From a bacterium (GTDB lineage Bacteria > JAHJDO01), in the NCBI GenBank assembly GCA_043824255.1, contig JBDRTG010000047.1, positions 99,528 to 163,527 of the forward strand: a stretch of 64,000 nt of DNA. The letters run 5' to 3'. Positions 1-9,544 of this stretch are shown here, piece after piece (position 1 is the stretch's first letter; each line of letters starts with the position of its first letter). The notes under the pieces are model-generated. The model was given only the letters and a program-made list of their open reading frames with translations, searched no databases and was not told the DNA's origin. The translations under genes and the position numbers were made by a program.

Positions 1-1146
1 ACCTATTATTATGCCCAAAAAACAGATTAAAACAGGTTCTATCACTGAGGTTAATCCGTCTACTGCAGCATCAACTTCGGATTCGTAAAAATCAGCGATC
101 TTTGTCAACATATCCTCCAGAGCGCCTGTTGCTTCACCAACCGATATCATTCTGACAACCATTGTTGGGAAAAAGTTACTTTTACTAAGCGGCTCTGCAA
201 TGCTTTTCCCCTCTTTTACACCTATTCCAACACTGCTAAGAGTTTTCTCCAAAACCTTATTCCCTGAAGTAGCTCCCACTATTTCAAGCGCCTTAAGAAT
301 AGGAACACTGCTCTTTATCAGTGTACACAGCGTTCTTGCAAACTTTGCCAGAGCTACCTTTTTCATAAGGCTACCAAAAATAATTATACGAAGTTTCAAT
401 CCGTCAAACTGAAGTCTTCCTTTTTCAGTCCGCACATATTTACGTAATAAGAAGAAAGCAACAGCTAAGATTCCTGCTACAATCAGAAAATAATCTTTGA
501 GAATCTCGCTCGTTCCTATAAGTACTCTTGTCGGAAGAGGAAGAGTTCCGCCAAAAGCATCAAAAATATTTTTAAACGTTGGAACTACTTTCAATATTAA
601 AACCATAACTATAAGGATAGACATACCCGTAACCACCGCTGGGTACACAAGAGCAGATTTTACCTTTCTGGCAAGTTTGGCGGAATTCTCAAGATATGTT
701 GCAAGACGGTTAAGGATTTCATCCAATGTCCCGCTTTCTTCCCCTGCCCTTACCATGCTGACATAAAATTCCGAGAACACTTTTTGCTGTTTTAAGAGAG
801 CCTGAGAAAAACTTTCCCCTCCCTCCACATCATCTTCCAGTTTTCTAACAAGTGTTTTTAAAGAAGGATTTTCCATTTGCTCAGCAAGTGTATCCAGCCC
901 CTGAACCAGAGGCAATCCTGCATTAACCATTGTAGCCAACTGTCTGCTAAAGAGAATTAAATCATTGGACTTTACTTTAGTGCTTTTCTTAAATATAGAT
1001 GCTCTTTTTTTTTGTTCAGTTATAGAGACTATTGTTAATTGGTTAGCCCTGAGAGTGCTAACGAGATTTTTTTCGCTTTCAGCAGAATGAAGAGCTTCTA
1101 TTCTCTTTCCATCTTTATCAATCGCAATATACTTATATGTCGGCAT
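1..1146 (-). CDS. pilC: Type IV pilus / T2SS inner-membrane platform protein PilC/GspF. The 3' end of the gene runs off the window start.
   Basis: The minus-strand reading frame begins at ATG 1146..1144. Its translation, MPTYKYIAIDKDG...LPLVQGLDTLAEQ...GESFSQAL, has the duplicated GspF/PilC polytopic pattern. It lies immediately downstream of the ATPase gene. Confidence 0.8.
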   Translation of the reverse strand, partial: MPTYKYIAIDKDGKRIEALHSAESEKNLVSTLRANQLTIVSITEQKKRASIFKKSTKVKSNDLILFSRQLATMVNAGLPLVQGLDTLAEQMENPSLKTLVRKLEDDVEGGESFSQALLKQQKVFSEFYVSMVRAGEESGTLDEILNRLATYLENSAKLARKVKSALVYPAVVTGMSILIVMVLILKVVPTFKNIFDAFGGTLPLPTRVLIGTSEILKDYFLIVAGILAVAFFLLRKYVRTEKGRLQFDGLKLRIIIFGSLMKKVALAKFARTLCTLIKSSVPILKALEIVGATSGNKVLEKTLSSVGIGVKEGKSIAEPLSKSNFFPTMVVRMISVGEATGALEDMLTKIADFYESEVDAAVDGLTSVIEPVLICFLGIIIG

Positions 1147-1203
1147 AAAAAACTCAAAGTGTAAAAATTAAAACTCAAAACTACTTAATGACAGTTTTAT
1201 TTA

Positions 1204-2910
1204 TTACTCAGACGTTACGCGCAAAACTTCTTCTATGGTAGTCGTGCCCTTTTTAATTAGATCTATACCGCTTTCCTGCAATGTTCTCATTCCGCCTTTT
1301 ACAGCAGCTTCCTTAATCTCACCTGAAGTGGCCTTGTTCATAATTAGTTGCTTGATCTCATCATCTATCTTTAGTATTTCAACAACAGCAACTCTGCCTT
1401 TGTATCCAGTGTCATTACAAAGCTCGCAGCCCTTTCCTTTATATATTGTTAAATCTGATATTTTGGAAATTGGCTGTTGCAGAACATGGGCAAAATTCTC
1501 TTTTGCCTTTTCCTGCAGATCAATTTTTTCTTTGCAGTTTTCGCATATTTTTCGCATGAGTCTCTGCGCAGCCACCATTATTACGGAAGATGAGAGAAGA
1601 AACGGCTCAATCCCCATATCTATCAACCTTGTAATTGCTCCGGGAGCATCATTGGTGTGCAAAGTGCTGAAGACCAAATGACCTGTCAGAGCGGATTTTA
1701 TCGCAATATCAGCAGTTTCAAAATCCCTTATCTCTCCAACCATTATAATATCAGGATCCTGCCTTAATATAGATCGTAAGCCGCCGGCAAATGTCAGACC
1801 TATATCTGAGTGAGCTTGCACCTGATTGATTCCCTTTAGCTGATATTCTACAGGATCCTCAACTGTAATAATATTCTTAGTTGGTGTATTTATTTTGCTT
1901 AACGCAGAATAAAGCGTTGTGGTTTTACCACTACCTGTCGGTCCGGTTAGAAGGATCATTCCATGCGGTCTGGAAATAGATTCTGTAAATATTTCCAGCT
2001 CTTTTTCTCCAAATCCTAATTTCTCCAGATTCAGTGTTAAACTGCTCTTATCCAGAATACGCAATACCACCTTTTCCCCAAAAATTATTGGCAGAATTGA
2101 TACGCGAAAGTCTATTTCCTTATTATTCAATACAATCCTCATACGACCATCCTGCGGAAGCCTTCGCTCTGCTATATCCAGATTGGACATAATCTTTATT
2201 CTGGAGATTAGCGCAGCCTGAAGTTTTTTAGGTGGAGACAACCTCTCGTAAAGAACACCGTCAATGCGATAGCGGATGCGCAATGCCTTATCCTCCGGTT
2301 CAATATGAATATCGCTTGCTTTCTCCTTAATTGCCTGAGCGAGAATAAAATTAACCATTTTTACAACTGGAGCTTCCTCAGTTTCCCTTAAGAGTTTTTC
2401 TAAATCTAGTTCTTCCCTTTTCTCAGCAGGTTCCTTAATATCAATGTCCCTTAAAATCTCTTTCATATCAAAAGATACTTCATAATACTGGTCAATAGCA
2501 TTGAGAATATCCTTTTCTGTGGCTATTACAGGATCTATCTCGTATCCGGTAGTGCTTTTTAAATCGTCTGTAGCAAACACATTAAGAGGATCCAGCATGG
2601 CAATCGTAAGGGTTTTTCCTATCTTAGAGATTGGAATAATGGAATACTTTTTGGCAATTGTCTTCGGTATTGTTTCTATAACCTCTTTTGAAATTTTAAA
2701 TTTTGAAAGATTTATCGGAGGGATATTTAGTTGCTCGCTTAAGCACGCCATAAGGGTCTTCTCAGTAGCAAAGCCTTTTTTATAAATAATCCGGCTTAAA
2801 CTGCCCCCTTTTTCCCTTTGCTCTTGGAGTGCCTCTTTTAACTGTTCCTCTGTAATTATTCCTCCATCAAGCAGAATTCTTGACAGGGTGTCCTTTAAAG
2901 ACATAATCAT
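1204..2910 (-). CDS. pilB: Type IV pilus assembly / type II secretion ATPase (GspE/PilB family) with an N-terminal MshEN-like (T2SSE_N) domain
   Basis: 568 aa. It carries a Walker A motif (GPTGSGKTTTLYSAL), Asp/His boxes and a tetracysteine zinc motif (CENC...CELC). The N-terminus (LSRILLDGGIITEEQLKEALQEQ) matches the MshEN c-di-GMP-binding motif pattern. Confidence 0.9.
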   Translation of the reverse strand: MIMSLKDTLSRILLDGGIITEEQLKEALQEQREKGGSLSRIIYKKGFATEKTLMACLSEQLNIPPINLSKFKISKEVIETIPKTIAKKYSIIPISKIGKTLTIAMLDPLNVFATDDLKSTTGYEIDPVIATEKDILNAIDQYYEVSFDMKEILRDIDIKEPAEKREELDLEKLLRETEEAPVVKMVNFILAQAIKEKASDIHIEPEDKALRIRYRIDGVLYERLSPPKKLQAALISRIKIMSNLDIAERRLPQDGRMRIVLNNKEIDFRVSILPIIFGEKVVLRILDKSSLTLNLEKLGFGEKELEIFTESISRPHGMILLTGPTGSGKTTTLYSALSKINTPTKNIITVEDPVEYQLKGINQVQAHSDIGLTFAGGLRSILRQDPDIIMVGEIRDFETADIAIKSALTGHLVFSTLHTNDAPGAITRLIDMGIEPFLLSSSVIMVAAQRLMRKICENCKEKIDLQEKAKENFAHVLQQPISKISDLTIYKGKGCELCNDTGYKGRVAVVEILKIDDEIKQLIMNKATSGEIKEAAVKGGMRTLQESGIDLIKKGTTTIEEVLRVTSE

Positions 2911-3440
2911 AATTTTTCTTTATTTTCCTTTTCTCTCACTAACTGCTTAAAGTCAACATCTGTCATATATTCTTCTGTGGTTCTGGTGATTTTCTTACGC
3001 TTCCCTGGGCCAAAATAACGAGTAATAATATCTTCAATATCCTCTCCCCCACTGACAAAGATTCTCACACTGGAGTTAGTGGCAATCTTTACATCCTCAA
3101 TTGCAGCATCGTTTAGCGGGTCAGCCATGGCTAATACTATGATATTATCCATTTTATCTATAGGAATTAGGTGATAATGCCTTATGATTGATTCCGGAAT
3201 TAACTTGAGTATATCCTGATCAATCTCATAGTTTTTCAAAGGGAGATATGGGAATCCAAACTGAGAAGTAAGGGCGTTAACCACCTGTTCCTCAGTCGCA
3301 GATCCCAGGCTGACTAAAATCTGACCCAGAAAACCACCCTTTAGCTCCTGAATTTTCAATGCTTCATCCAGTTGTCGTTCCGTAATAACATCTCTCTCTA
3401 TAAGTATCTTTCCGAGTCGTTTTCTAATAGTTCTTGACAT
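2907..3440 (-). CDS. Stand-alone T2SSE_N / MshEN-type domain protein, a predicted c-di-GMP binder
   Basis: 177 aa. It has two tandem motifs, RLGKILIERDVITERQLDEALKIQ and LGQILVSLGSATEEQVVNALTSQ, that resemble the 24-aa MshEN c-di-GMP motif. Its stop overlaps the pilB start by 4 bp. Confidence 0.6.
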   Translation of the reverse strand: MSRTIRKRLGKILIERDVITERQLDEALKIQELKGGFLGQILVSLGSATEEQVVNALTSQFGFPYLPLKNYEIDQDILKLIPESIIRHYHLIPIDKMDNIIVLAMADPLNDAAIEDVKIATNSSVRIFVSGGEDIEDIITRYFGPGKRKKITRTTEEYMTDVDFKQLVREKENKEKL

Positions 3441-3444
3441 AGTA

Positions 3445-4368
3445 TTATCCCGGAAACATAATCACTTTGTTCCCTTTTCCTTTCTTAGCCTGTTCCATTG
3501 CGCGATATAATTTATTATTTAATTCTTCTGCAACGTCGCCATCAATGGGGTTGGCAACTATACCTGCGCTTACAGTAATCTTTGTATCTTTTATTACACT
3601 TTTTGCATCTGGGATAGATTCATTGGCAACCGCTTTTCTTACTTTTTCAGCAAGAGCATAAGCTTCCTTTTTATTGATCTCAGGGAGAATAATGCAGAAT
3701 ATGGTATCCTTGCAACGAGCTACCTTGTCAATATCTCTTGCATTCTCCTTCAGGATACCTGCAATCTTCTTTATAACCTTATTCTTAATATTTCCGCCAA
3801 GTTTTTTCAAATATACATCCAGATTGTCAACATCAAACCCAATTATAGAACATGGACGCTCATACATAGCTGCCCGTTTCAACTCTTCGTTCAAATATTC
3901 TTCGTAATATTTCAAGTTATATAAGCCCGTTAATTTGTCTGTAATGGTTAAGGAATTGGTTTTTTCAAGCAATCTATTGATTTCATAGCTGAGACCGCTT
4001 ATTTTTGCCTCAGTTTGATAAAGATCAGACATATCCCCTCTAAGCTTTTTTGTAATTTTATCCAATGAGACGCTTAATTCGTCCATTCCCACTTCTTTTA
4101 ATTCCGGATCATCTGCTATTTTAGCTTTTGCCATCATCTTCACTATATTTGTATTAATTTTTTTAATCAGAAACATTAAGAACGCTATAACACCAAGCAG
4201 AATAGCTATGCTGACATAAAGCACAACCTGATCCCATGATAATGCGTATGTGCCTAAAAAAACAAATGCTCCTATCAATATCAGCATAATAATTACAAGA
4301 GCAATGTTTATAAAAATATTACGATGGGCATGTGCCTTTGTTATCGACATATCTTCGCTTCTCTTCAT
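3445..4368 (-). CDS. Membrane-anchored GGDEF-domain protein with a degenerate active site (KDTIF in place of GGDEF) and an intact RxxD I-site. It is predicted to be a c-di-GMP receptor rather than a cyclase.
   Basis: Two N-terminal TM helices are present. The GGDEF-fold landmarks are LTGLYNLKYY, FDVDNLDVY, the ARDIDKVARCKDTIF block aligned to RxxD...R-Y-GGEEF, ITVSAGIV and LYRAMEQAKKGKGNKV. Confidence 0.7.
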   Translation of the reverse strand: MKRSEDMSITKAHAHRNIFINIALVIIMLILIGAFVFLGTYALSWDQVVLYVSIAILLGVIAFLMFLIKKINTNIVKMMAKAKIADDPELKEVGMDELSVSLDKITKKLRGDMSDLYQTEAKISGLSYEINRLLEKTNSLTITDKLTGLYNLKYYEEYLNEELKRAAMYERPCSIIGFDVDNLDVYLKKLGGNIKNKVIKKIAGILKENARDIDKVARCKDTIFCIILPEINKKEAYALAEKVRKAVANESIPDAKSVIKDTKITVSAGIVANPIDGDVAEELNNKLYRAMEQAKKGKGNKVIMFPG

Positions 4369-4383
4369 AGTGATAGCTCCTTA

Positions 4384-5781
4384 TTATCTTGATATTTTAT
4401 CAATATTCAGATTTATATCAGTCCCTTTCCATATTTTTGTCGGTAGTTTTTTATCAGGATTTGTTTTTCCCCAGGTTTCATCCATTTGCTTAACCCTTGC
4501 TTTTTCCTCTTCAGTCAATTCAGTCTCCTCTGTTACAATAGTAGGAGTGATCAGAACAATTAATTCCATTCTTGTCTTAGTGGTGGTGTTCTTTTTGAAA
4601 AGATATCCAAGTAATGGAATATCTCCGAGTATGGGTACCTTATACACAGTAACGGTGTTATAATTTCGCCTGAGCCCGCCAACTATAACCATACGGCCAT
4701 CCTTGGTCAATAGATTCGTCTCTAATGAGCGAGAGTCTATTATGGGTTCGGAACTATATTCACCTACTGAAAAACTATGTTTTGGCTTAACAAGCATGGA
4801 GACAAACCCGTCACTTGTTATGTGGGGCTTTACAGTAAGATATGTTCCCACCTCTTTAAAGTCAATTGTTGTCATCACTGTTCCATCGGGATTAGTTGTA
4901 ATTTTTGTATATGGAATACTCTCTGTTATTTCTATATTCGCTTCCTGATTATCAAGAACTAAGAGCCTGGGTCGGGCAAGTATTTCCACATCTGCGTTAT
5001 ATCTTAACCATTGAAGAGTCGCTTCAATATCCCACAGACCGACACCGAAGCCGGTAATGGCATGCTGGAGACCTGTAGTCAGAGACTGCCCAAACATGCC
5101 CTCAGTCACTGCTGTTCCGAGTTTCGCTGTCCCAGTTTTTGTAAAATTCCAGTCAATACCGTACTTGGTCTGTCCTGTTATTTTTACATCTACAATAGCT
5201 GCTTCAATAAGAACCTGAGGAGTTTTAACATCCAGTCTCTGCGCAATTTCTGCTATTTGGTCAATATTCTCCTGAATATCAGTAACTATCAGGGTATTTG
5301 TGCGTGAATCGCTCTCAATTTTCCCTCTTGATGAAAGCATTTTTGTAACTGATTTCTGGAGCTTTTCAACGTCTGCAAAATTTAGAGAGAAAATTCTTGT
5401 TACTAACTCTGCCTCTGCCTTTGTAGTCTCCTTAATGGCAAGCTGTTCCCCCTTTATTTTTTTCATCTTCTCTGCAGTCATAACCTTTATCAAATTTCCC
5501 TCTCGCTCGTAAGCATACCCGCTGACATCAAGAATTGTCTGTAACGCTTGTTCCCAACCTACATTTTGAAGAAGAAGCGAAACTGTTCCTCTCACTTCTT
5601 CTCCGGCAACTATATTGACGTTACCCTTATGGGAAAGCATTCTTATAACATTGCGTATATCAGCGTCTTTAAGGTCTAATGTGATCTTTTCGCCTTCCAG
5701 CTGATTACCCGCATATGAGACAGAACTAAAAACCAGACCAACACACATTGCAAGTACTAGAAAAACATGTAATTTCCTCAT
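4384..5781 (-). CDS. pilQ: Type IV pilus secretin PilQ (GspD family)
   Basis: It has a signal peptide and N0-like domains. The C-terminal secretin signature is VYKVPILGDIPLLGYLFKKNTTTKTRMELIVLITPTIV. Confidence 0.9.
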   Translation of the reverse strand: MRKLHVFLVLAMCVGLVFSSVSYAGNQLEGEKITLDLKDADIRNVIRMLSHKGNVNIVAGEEVRGTVSLLLQNVGWEQALQTILDVSGYAYEREGNLIKVMTAEKMKKIKGEQLAIKETTKAEAELVTRIFSLNFADVEKLQKSVTKMLSSRGKIESDSRTNTLIVTDIQENIDQIAEIAQRLDVKTPQVLIEAAIVDVKITGQTKYGIDWNFTKTGTAKLGTAVTEGMFGQSLTTGLQHAITGFGVGLWDIEATLQWLRYNADVEILARPRLLVLDNQEANIEITESIPYTKITTNPDGTVMTTIDFKEVGTYLTVKPHITSDGFVSMLVKPKHSFSVGEYSSEPIIDSRSLETNLLTKDGRMVIVGGLRRNYNTVTVYKVPILGDIPLLGYLFKKNTTTKTRMELIVLITPTIVTEETELTEEEKARVKQMDETWGKTNPDKKLPTKIWKGTDINLNIDKISR

Positions 5782-6233
5782 AATTTATCTCCACTCATTT
5801 TTACACTATATTCCTTATTCATATATCTGATCACTATTTCTTCTCTGGTTATTGATACAATTTTGCAGTTGCTGATACTATCTCCTATCGCGACAATCTT
5901 ATCGTTTATAATAGCAAGGGGCTTGATCTCATCAAACAGAACCCCCTCTATTTTCATCTCGGGCAATTTTGAACTTATAAAACTCCAGCCAGTCGGGGCC
6001 ATAACGGTCTTATTCTCTGATATAAGAGGGATAAATGGGTCTCTTCTTCCATGAGTGTTATACACAAAAACAGGTTCTCTATTCTTAGGTTCTGAGATTT
6101 TTTTTGTTGAAATATTAACCTTCTTTTGTGTTGATAAACTCGCATTATCCTGCGCAGGCTTTGAACAGCCGGAAGATAAGAGAAGGAACAAAGACACAGA
6201 GCAAAGAAAAACTCTAAACATTGTTTTGGTCAT
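5778..6233 (-). CDS. pilP: Pilus assembly lipoprotein PilP
   Basis: It has a lipobox (LLLSSGC) and is 151 aa. It sits between pilO and pilQ with 4-bp overlaps. Confidence 0.7.
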   Translation of the reverse strand: MTKTMFRVFLCSVSLFLLLSSGCSKPAQDNASLSTQKKVNISTKKISEPKNREPVFVYNTHGRRDPFIPLISENKTVMAPTGWSFISSKLPEMKIEGVLFDEIKPLAIINDKIVAIGDSISNCKIVSITREEIVIRYMNKEYSVKMSGDKL

Positions 6234-6778
6234 TTGAATTTTGTCTCCTGAAAAATGAATATATCCAGATAAATATCTGCATTATGTTTTAACGCATCCT
6301 TTTTATCTGATGTAATATTTATATGATTTATCTTAACGAATCTTTCCAGATTCTCCAGTTTGTTCACGAATCTGGCTATCTGATGATAGCCACCCTTAAT
6401 ACCAAGCGCTATCGGGTATTCAGTATATATGCTGGTTTTACCTGATGTCTTTAACTTGCCTGGATCAATAGACATTAATTTAACTTTATGTTCATTAGCG
6501 ATATCTGTCAGTGAGGATAGAAAGTCAGGGATTTTATCCTCTCCGGGCATGCGTTTCTGGTATTCTTTTATTAGTTTTTGCACTGTCTGAAATTCACGTT
6601 CTAACTGAGGTTTTTTAGAAACCATAATCCTTGCTTTTTGTATTTCAGCTTTTTTCTGTGTTATGTTTTTTCTCAAGAGAGAAATCCGTGCAATCTGAGG
6701 TGTTAACAAATAATAATAACCCAGAAGAATTCCCAGGGCTGCAATAACAAATAAGATAATTCGTTCATTCTTTTTCAT
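6230..6778 (-). CDS. pilO: Pilus assembly protein PilO
   Basis: It has a single N-terminal TM segment, a coiled coil and a ferredoxin-like C-terminus. It sits between PilN and PilP. Confidence 0.7.
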   Translation of the reverse strand: MKKNERIILFVIAALGILLGYYYLLTPQIARISLLRKNITQKKAEIQKARIMVSKKPQLEREFQTVQKLIKEYQKRMPGEDKIPDFLSSLTDIANEHKVKLMSIDPGKLKTSGKTSIYTEYPIALGIKGGYHQIARFVNKLENLERFVKINHINITSDKKDALKHNADIYLDIFIFQETKFK

Positions 6779-7446
6779 TGCTTAAATCTACATCCTATTT
6801 TAAATGACATAATATCTACATCTGCTACACTAACCCGACAGGTAGATACAAGGTTGACACTGGAGAAGTCGCTTGAAAAAATACTATCCTCCCTGACTTT
6901 TTTAATTAAGTCTCCAATGCGCCTTGTCATATCTTCATTTTCTCTTGACAGAGCCATGCCCTCCAGAATAAAGACATTGTAGCTCTTCTTAACCTTTTTG
7001 CCTGCGTCAGGACTCGCTTTCGTTGAGATACCTGCCTTTCCATGACCACCAGGTGTTACAGAAACCATTTCAGTCCTTTTTTCAACAGCCGTCTTTGTAA
7101 GCCACGTCTGGGTAGGCAATATATCGCTTAACTGGTTTAATCTCTTTGCCCATATGATTCGGGAGTGAATAAGTTTTTTCAAAAGAGATATCTTTCTATT
7201 AATAGATTTCTTTGCGCTTTCCAACTTCTCCGCCTCACGCATTATCGGTTCTAATTTAGAATATTCAACTACCAGTTTGTTATGCGTCCATCCCATGAAC
7301 TTTGCGCTGGAAAAACTGATAAGATAAATAAGAACCATTACAACAACCAGTATAACGCCCCCTGTTATGAAGATTTCCATTCCGGGTAGTTTTAGACTTC
7401 TTCTAGCTTTTCTTAACTCAATGGGGAGTAGGTTTACAGTAATCAT
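6775..7446 (-). CDS. pilN: Pilus assembly protein PilN
   Basis: The N-terminus, MITVNLLPIELRKARR, precedes a TM segment. This is the PilN-type N-terminus that binds PilM. Confidence 0.75.
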   Translation of the reverse strand: MITVNLLPIELRKARRSLKLPGMEIFITGGVILVVVMVLIYLISFSSAKFMGWTHNKLVVEYSKLEPIMREAEKLESAKKSINRKISLLKKLIHSRIIWAKRLNQLSDILPTQTWLTKTAVEKRTEMVSVTPGGHGKAGISTKASPDAGKKVKKSYNVFILEGMALSRENEDMTRRIGDLIKKVREDSIFSSDFSSVNLVSTCRVSVADVDIMSFKIGCRFKQ

Positions 7447-8495
7447 TTTATGCCTCTCAGAGCAAGCCCGACAGCAACTGTTAAAAATGGATAAAGTCTT
7501 TTTATTCTCTCTGCATTGATTTCGTCTGATATTTTCAGGTTATTGGTTGCATTCCAAGTGTGCGTTTCTACTCCAATTTTTTCATGCATGATATCGCTTA
7601 TTATGGAAATCTGTGAACTGCCTCCGCTCAAGTATATATCTGCGATGTTCTTATCAGGAACTTGACTTTCATAGTAATCAAACGACATGTGTATCTCATT
7701 AACGAGATTACTCGTAATATGTTTTATCGTCTCTGTTACTTCCTTGGATCTGCTTTTTGCTTTTTTTGTCTCTTCAGCTTTTTTAATATCAATACCTAGA
7801 TCCTCACTAATAGCCTTGCTATAATCCGTGCCCGCAATATTTATATCCCTTGTGAGCCTTGAAGTACCATTATCAAGTATGCTTATATTTGTCATCTGAG
7901 CGCCAATATTTATAAGCGAAATTACATTATCCTTTTTCTTAAAGACAGAGTTGAGCGCATGTTCAAAGGCATTTATAGCGGCGAAGGAATCAATATCAAT
8001 AGCAACCGGCTCCAGATTACAGGCTTTTAACAGTTCCAATCGTTGATTGATTAAGTCTTTCTTAACAGCGACAAGCATTACTTCTATCATGTTTGTCTCG
8101 CTTGCTATGTTATCTAAAACTTGAAAGTCAAATTCCACTTCATTCATATCAAAAGGAATGTGTTTTGCAGCTTCATACTTCAAAGAAGCGCTTAAGTCTT
8201 CTTCTGACATCTTTGGAACACGAATATATCTTACAATTACCGATTGTCCCGAAACTCCTATAGTAACCCTAGTGGTTGCGATATTCGCTTCTATAGAAGC
8301 CTTCTTAATAGCAGTAATTACACTATCCTTGTTATCTCCAATTATTTCAGCTGCGCCAACTTTACTCAAGCGCAAGGACTCTCCATCTCCGGTAAGTTCG
8401 ACAATCTTGACAGCACTGCTTCCTATATCTAATCCTAAACTGGTTCTGGATTTAGGCTTTGCGCTGAAAAGTTTTGTAATTGATTTAGGTATCAT
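7443..8495 (-). CDS. pilM: Pilus assembly ATPase-like protein PilM (actin/FtsA fold)
   Basis: It has the LGLDIGSSAVKIVEL phosphate-1 motif, is 350 aa and overlaps pilN. Confidence 0.85.
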   Translation of the reverse strand: MIPKSITKLFSAKPKSRTSLGLDIGSSAVKIVELTGDGESLRLSKVGAAEIIGDNKDSVITAIKKASIEANIATTRVTIGVSGQSVIVRYIRVPKMSEEDLSASLKYEAAKHIPFDMNEVEFDFQVLDNIASETNMIEVMLVAVKKDLINQRLELLKACNLEPVAIDIDSFAAINAFEHALNSVFKKKDNVISLINIGAQMTNISILDNGTSRLTRDINIAGTDYSKAISEDLGIDIKKAEETKKAKSRSKEVTETIKHITSNLVNEIHMSFDYYESQVPDKNIADIYLSGGSSQISIISDIMHEKIGVETHTWNATNNLKISDEINAERIKRLYPFLTVAVGLALRGIK

Positions 8496-8533
8496 AAATC
8501 AGATTCTACTATTATGAAATGCTGCTGTCAAAT

Positions 8534-9544
8534 TTAATACTCCTGCCAGGAACCGCTTACTATACGCCACGGCAGGTTGTTGTCAAAAGCATTTGCTACA
8601 TTGACAGAATTATAAACTACCAAGGGTCTTCCTGTAGATATTGTTGCAGATGTATCAGCTTGAGTCTGGACAAGAACTGACCCGGAAATCTCGGGATTTC
8701 CACTTATTGTCAGATTTCCAAATACATACATTATACCCTCAAATGTGCCGCCTGCTACATCAAGATCACCGTCTACTACAAGGATTCCGCTTCCATACCA
8801 TCCTGTCGTTGTAACCTTAAACGATGAATTATCCTGAAATTTAACCCAGGTAATTCCATCCACGTCTGAATTGTTCGGAGGGTCAGTATAGTTTCTGGTT
8901 GATATGCCTTCCATTTCTTCTTTCGTCAGGCCAAATATATCTTCAATTGATGGAAAAGGAGCATTACTTATTGGCGGACTGCCTGTTATTTCCCCAGAAC
9001 CATCTGTAGTGGCTGTAAAACCCGCTGGAACCGTTACGCCCGTACTGGTACCTCCGGCTATTAGTCCATTTCCACTGACCAGAACATTACCACCCGCTTG
9101 AAGTGCAGAATTAACAGCTCCTGGATTTCCAATTCGTTCCGCATCAACTTTCACTGTCCTTTCTACCTTGTCTATATTTGTCACGCTCGGAGTATATCCG
9201 GTTGCTGTGATAGCCGCACTTGTTGATGTTACGTTTGATACGCTTATTGTATAATCTCCTATAACCTTCCCATCTTGGGTCTGGAAGGAAAGAACGGTCT
9301 TTGTGTAAACTGCTCCTGAAGTGTCCCAGCCAACCCATGAACCCTGGCCAAATCCTAGCTCCCATAATGCCGCCTGAACTCCTGATTCTGCAAGATTCCT
9401 TGCTGCAGATAGACGATAGGACCTGATTGTAAGCTTTTTTTGGAAAACGACTGTGGAAAGATACGCTCCGGCTATAATGGCAATAATAAGCATCACTATA
9501 GCTGAAATAACCAATACGCTTCCGCGTCTATTTCTATACATCAA
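8534..9544 (-). CDS. PilX_N-like pilus-associated protein, a putative tip or minor pilin adhesin
   Basis: It has an N-terminal hydrophobic helix followed by LAESGVQAALWELG (PilX N-terminal pattern). Its C-terminal half has G/S/T-rich beta-helix-like repeats. It is a paralog of the upstream gene. Confidence 0.55.
   Translation of the reverse strand: MMYRNRRGSVLVISAIVMLIIAIIAGAYLSTVVFQKKLTIRSYRLSAARNLAESGVQAALWELGFGQGSWVGWDTSGAVYTKTVLSFQTQDGKVIGDYTISVSNVTSTSAAITATGYTPSVTNIDKVERTVKVDAERIGNPGAVNSALQAGGNVLVSGNGLIAGGTSTGVTVPAGFTATTDGSGEITGSPPISNAPFPSIEDIFGLTKEEMEGISTRNYTDPPNNSDVDGITWVKFQDNSSFKVTTTGWYGSGILVVDGDLDVAGGTFEGIMYVFGNLTISGNPEISGSVLVQTQADTSATISTGRPLVVYNSVNVANAFDNNLPWRIVSGSWQEY

Noticed and set aside
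1235-1681. A 148-aa plus-strand ORF, and many similar 60-160-aa ORFs antisense to large genes. Examples are 13028..13303, 37188..37397, 51077..51361 and 62646..62852.
   Set aside because: They lie entirely inside well-supported genes on the opposite strand and have low-complexity or hydrophobic compositions with no recognisable motifs. They are shadow ORFs.
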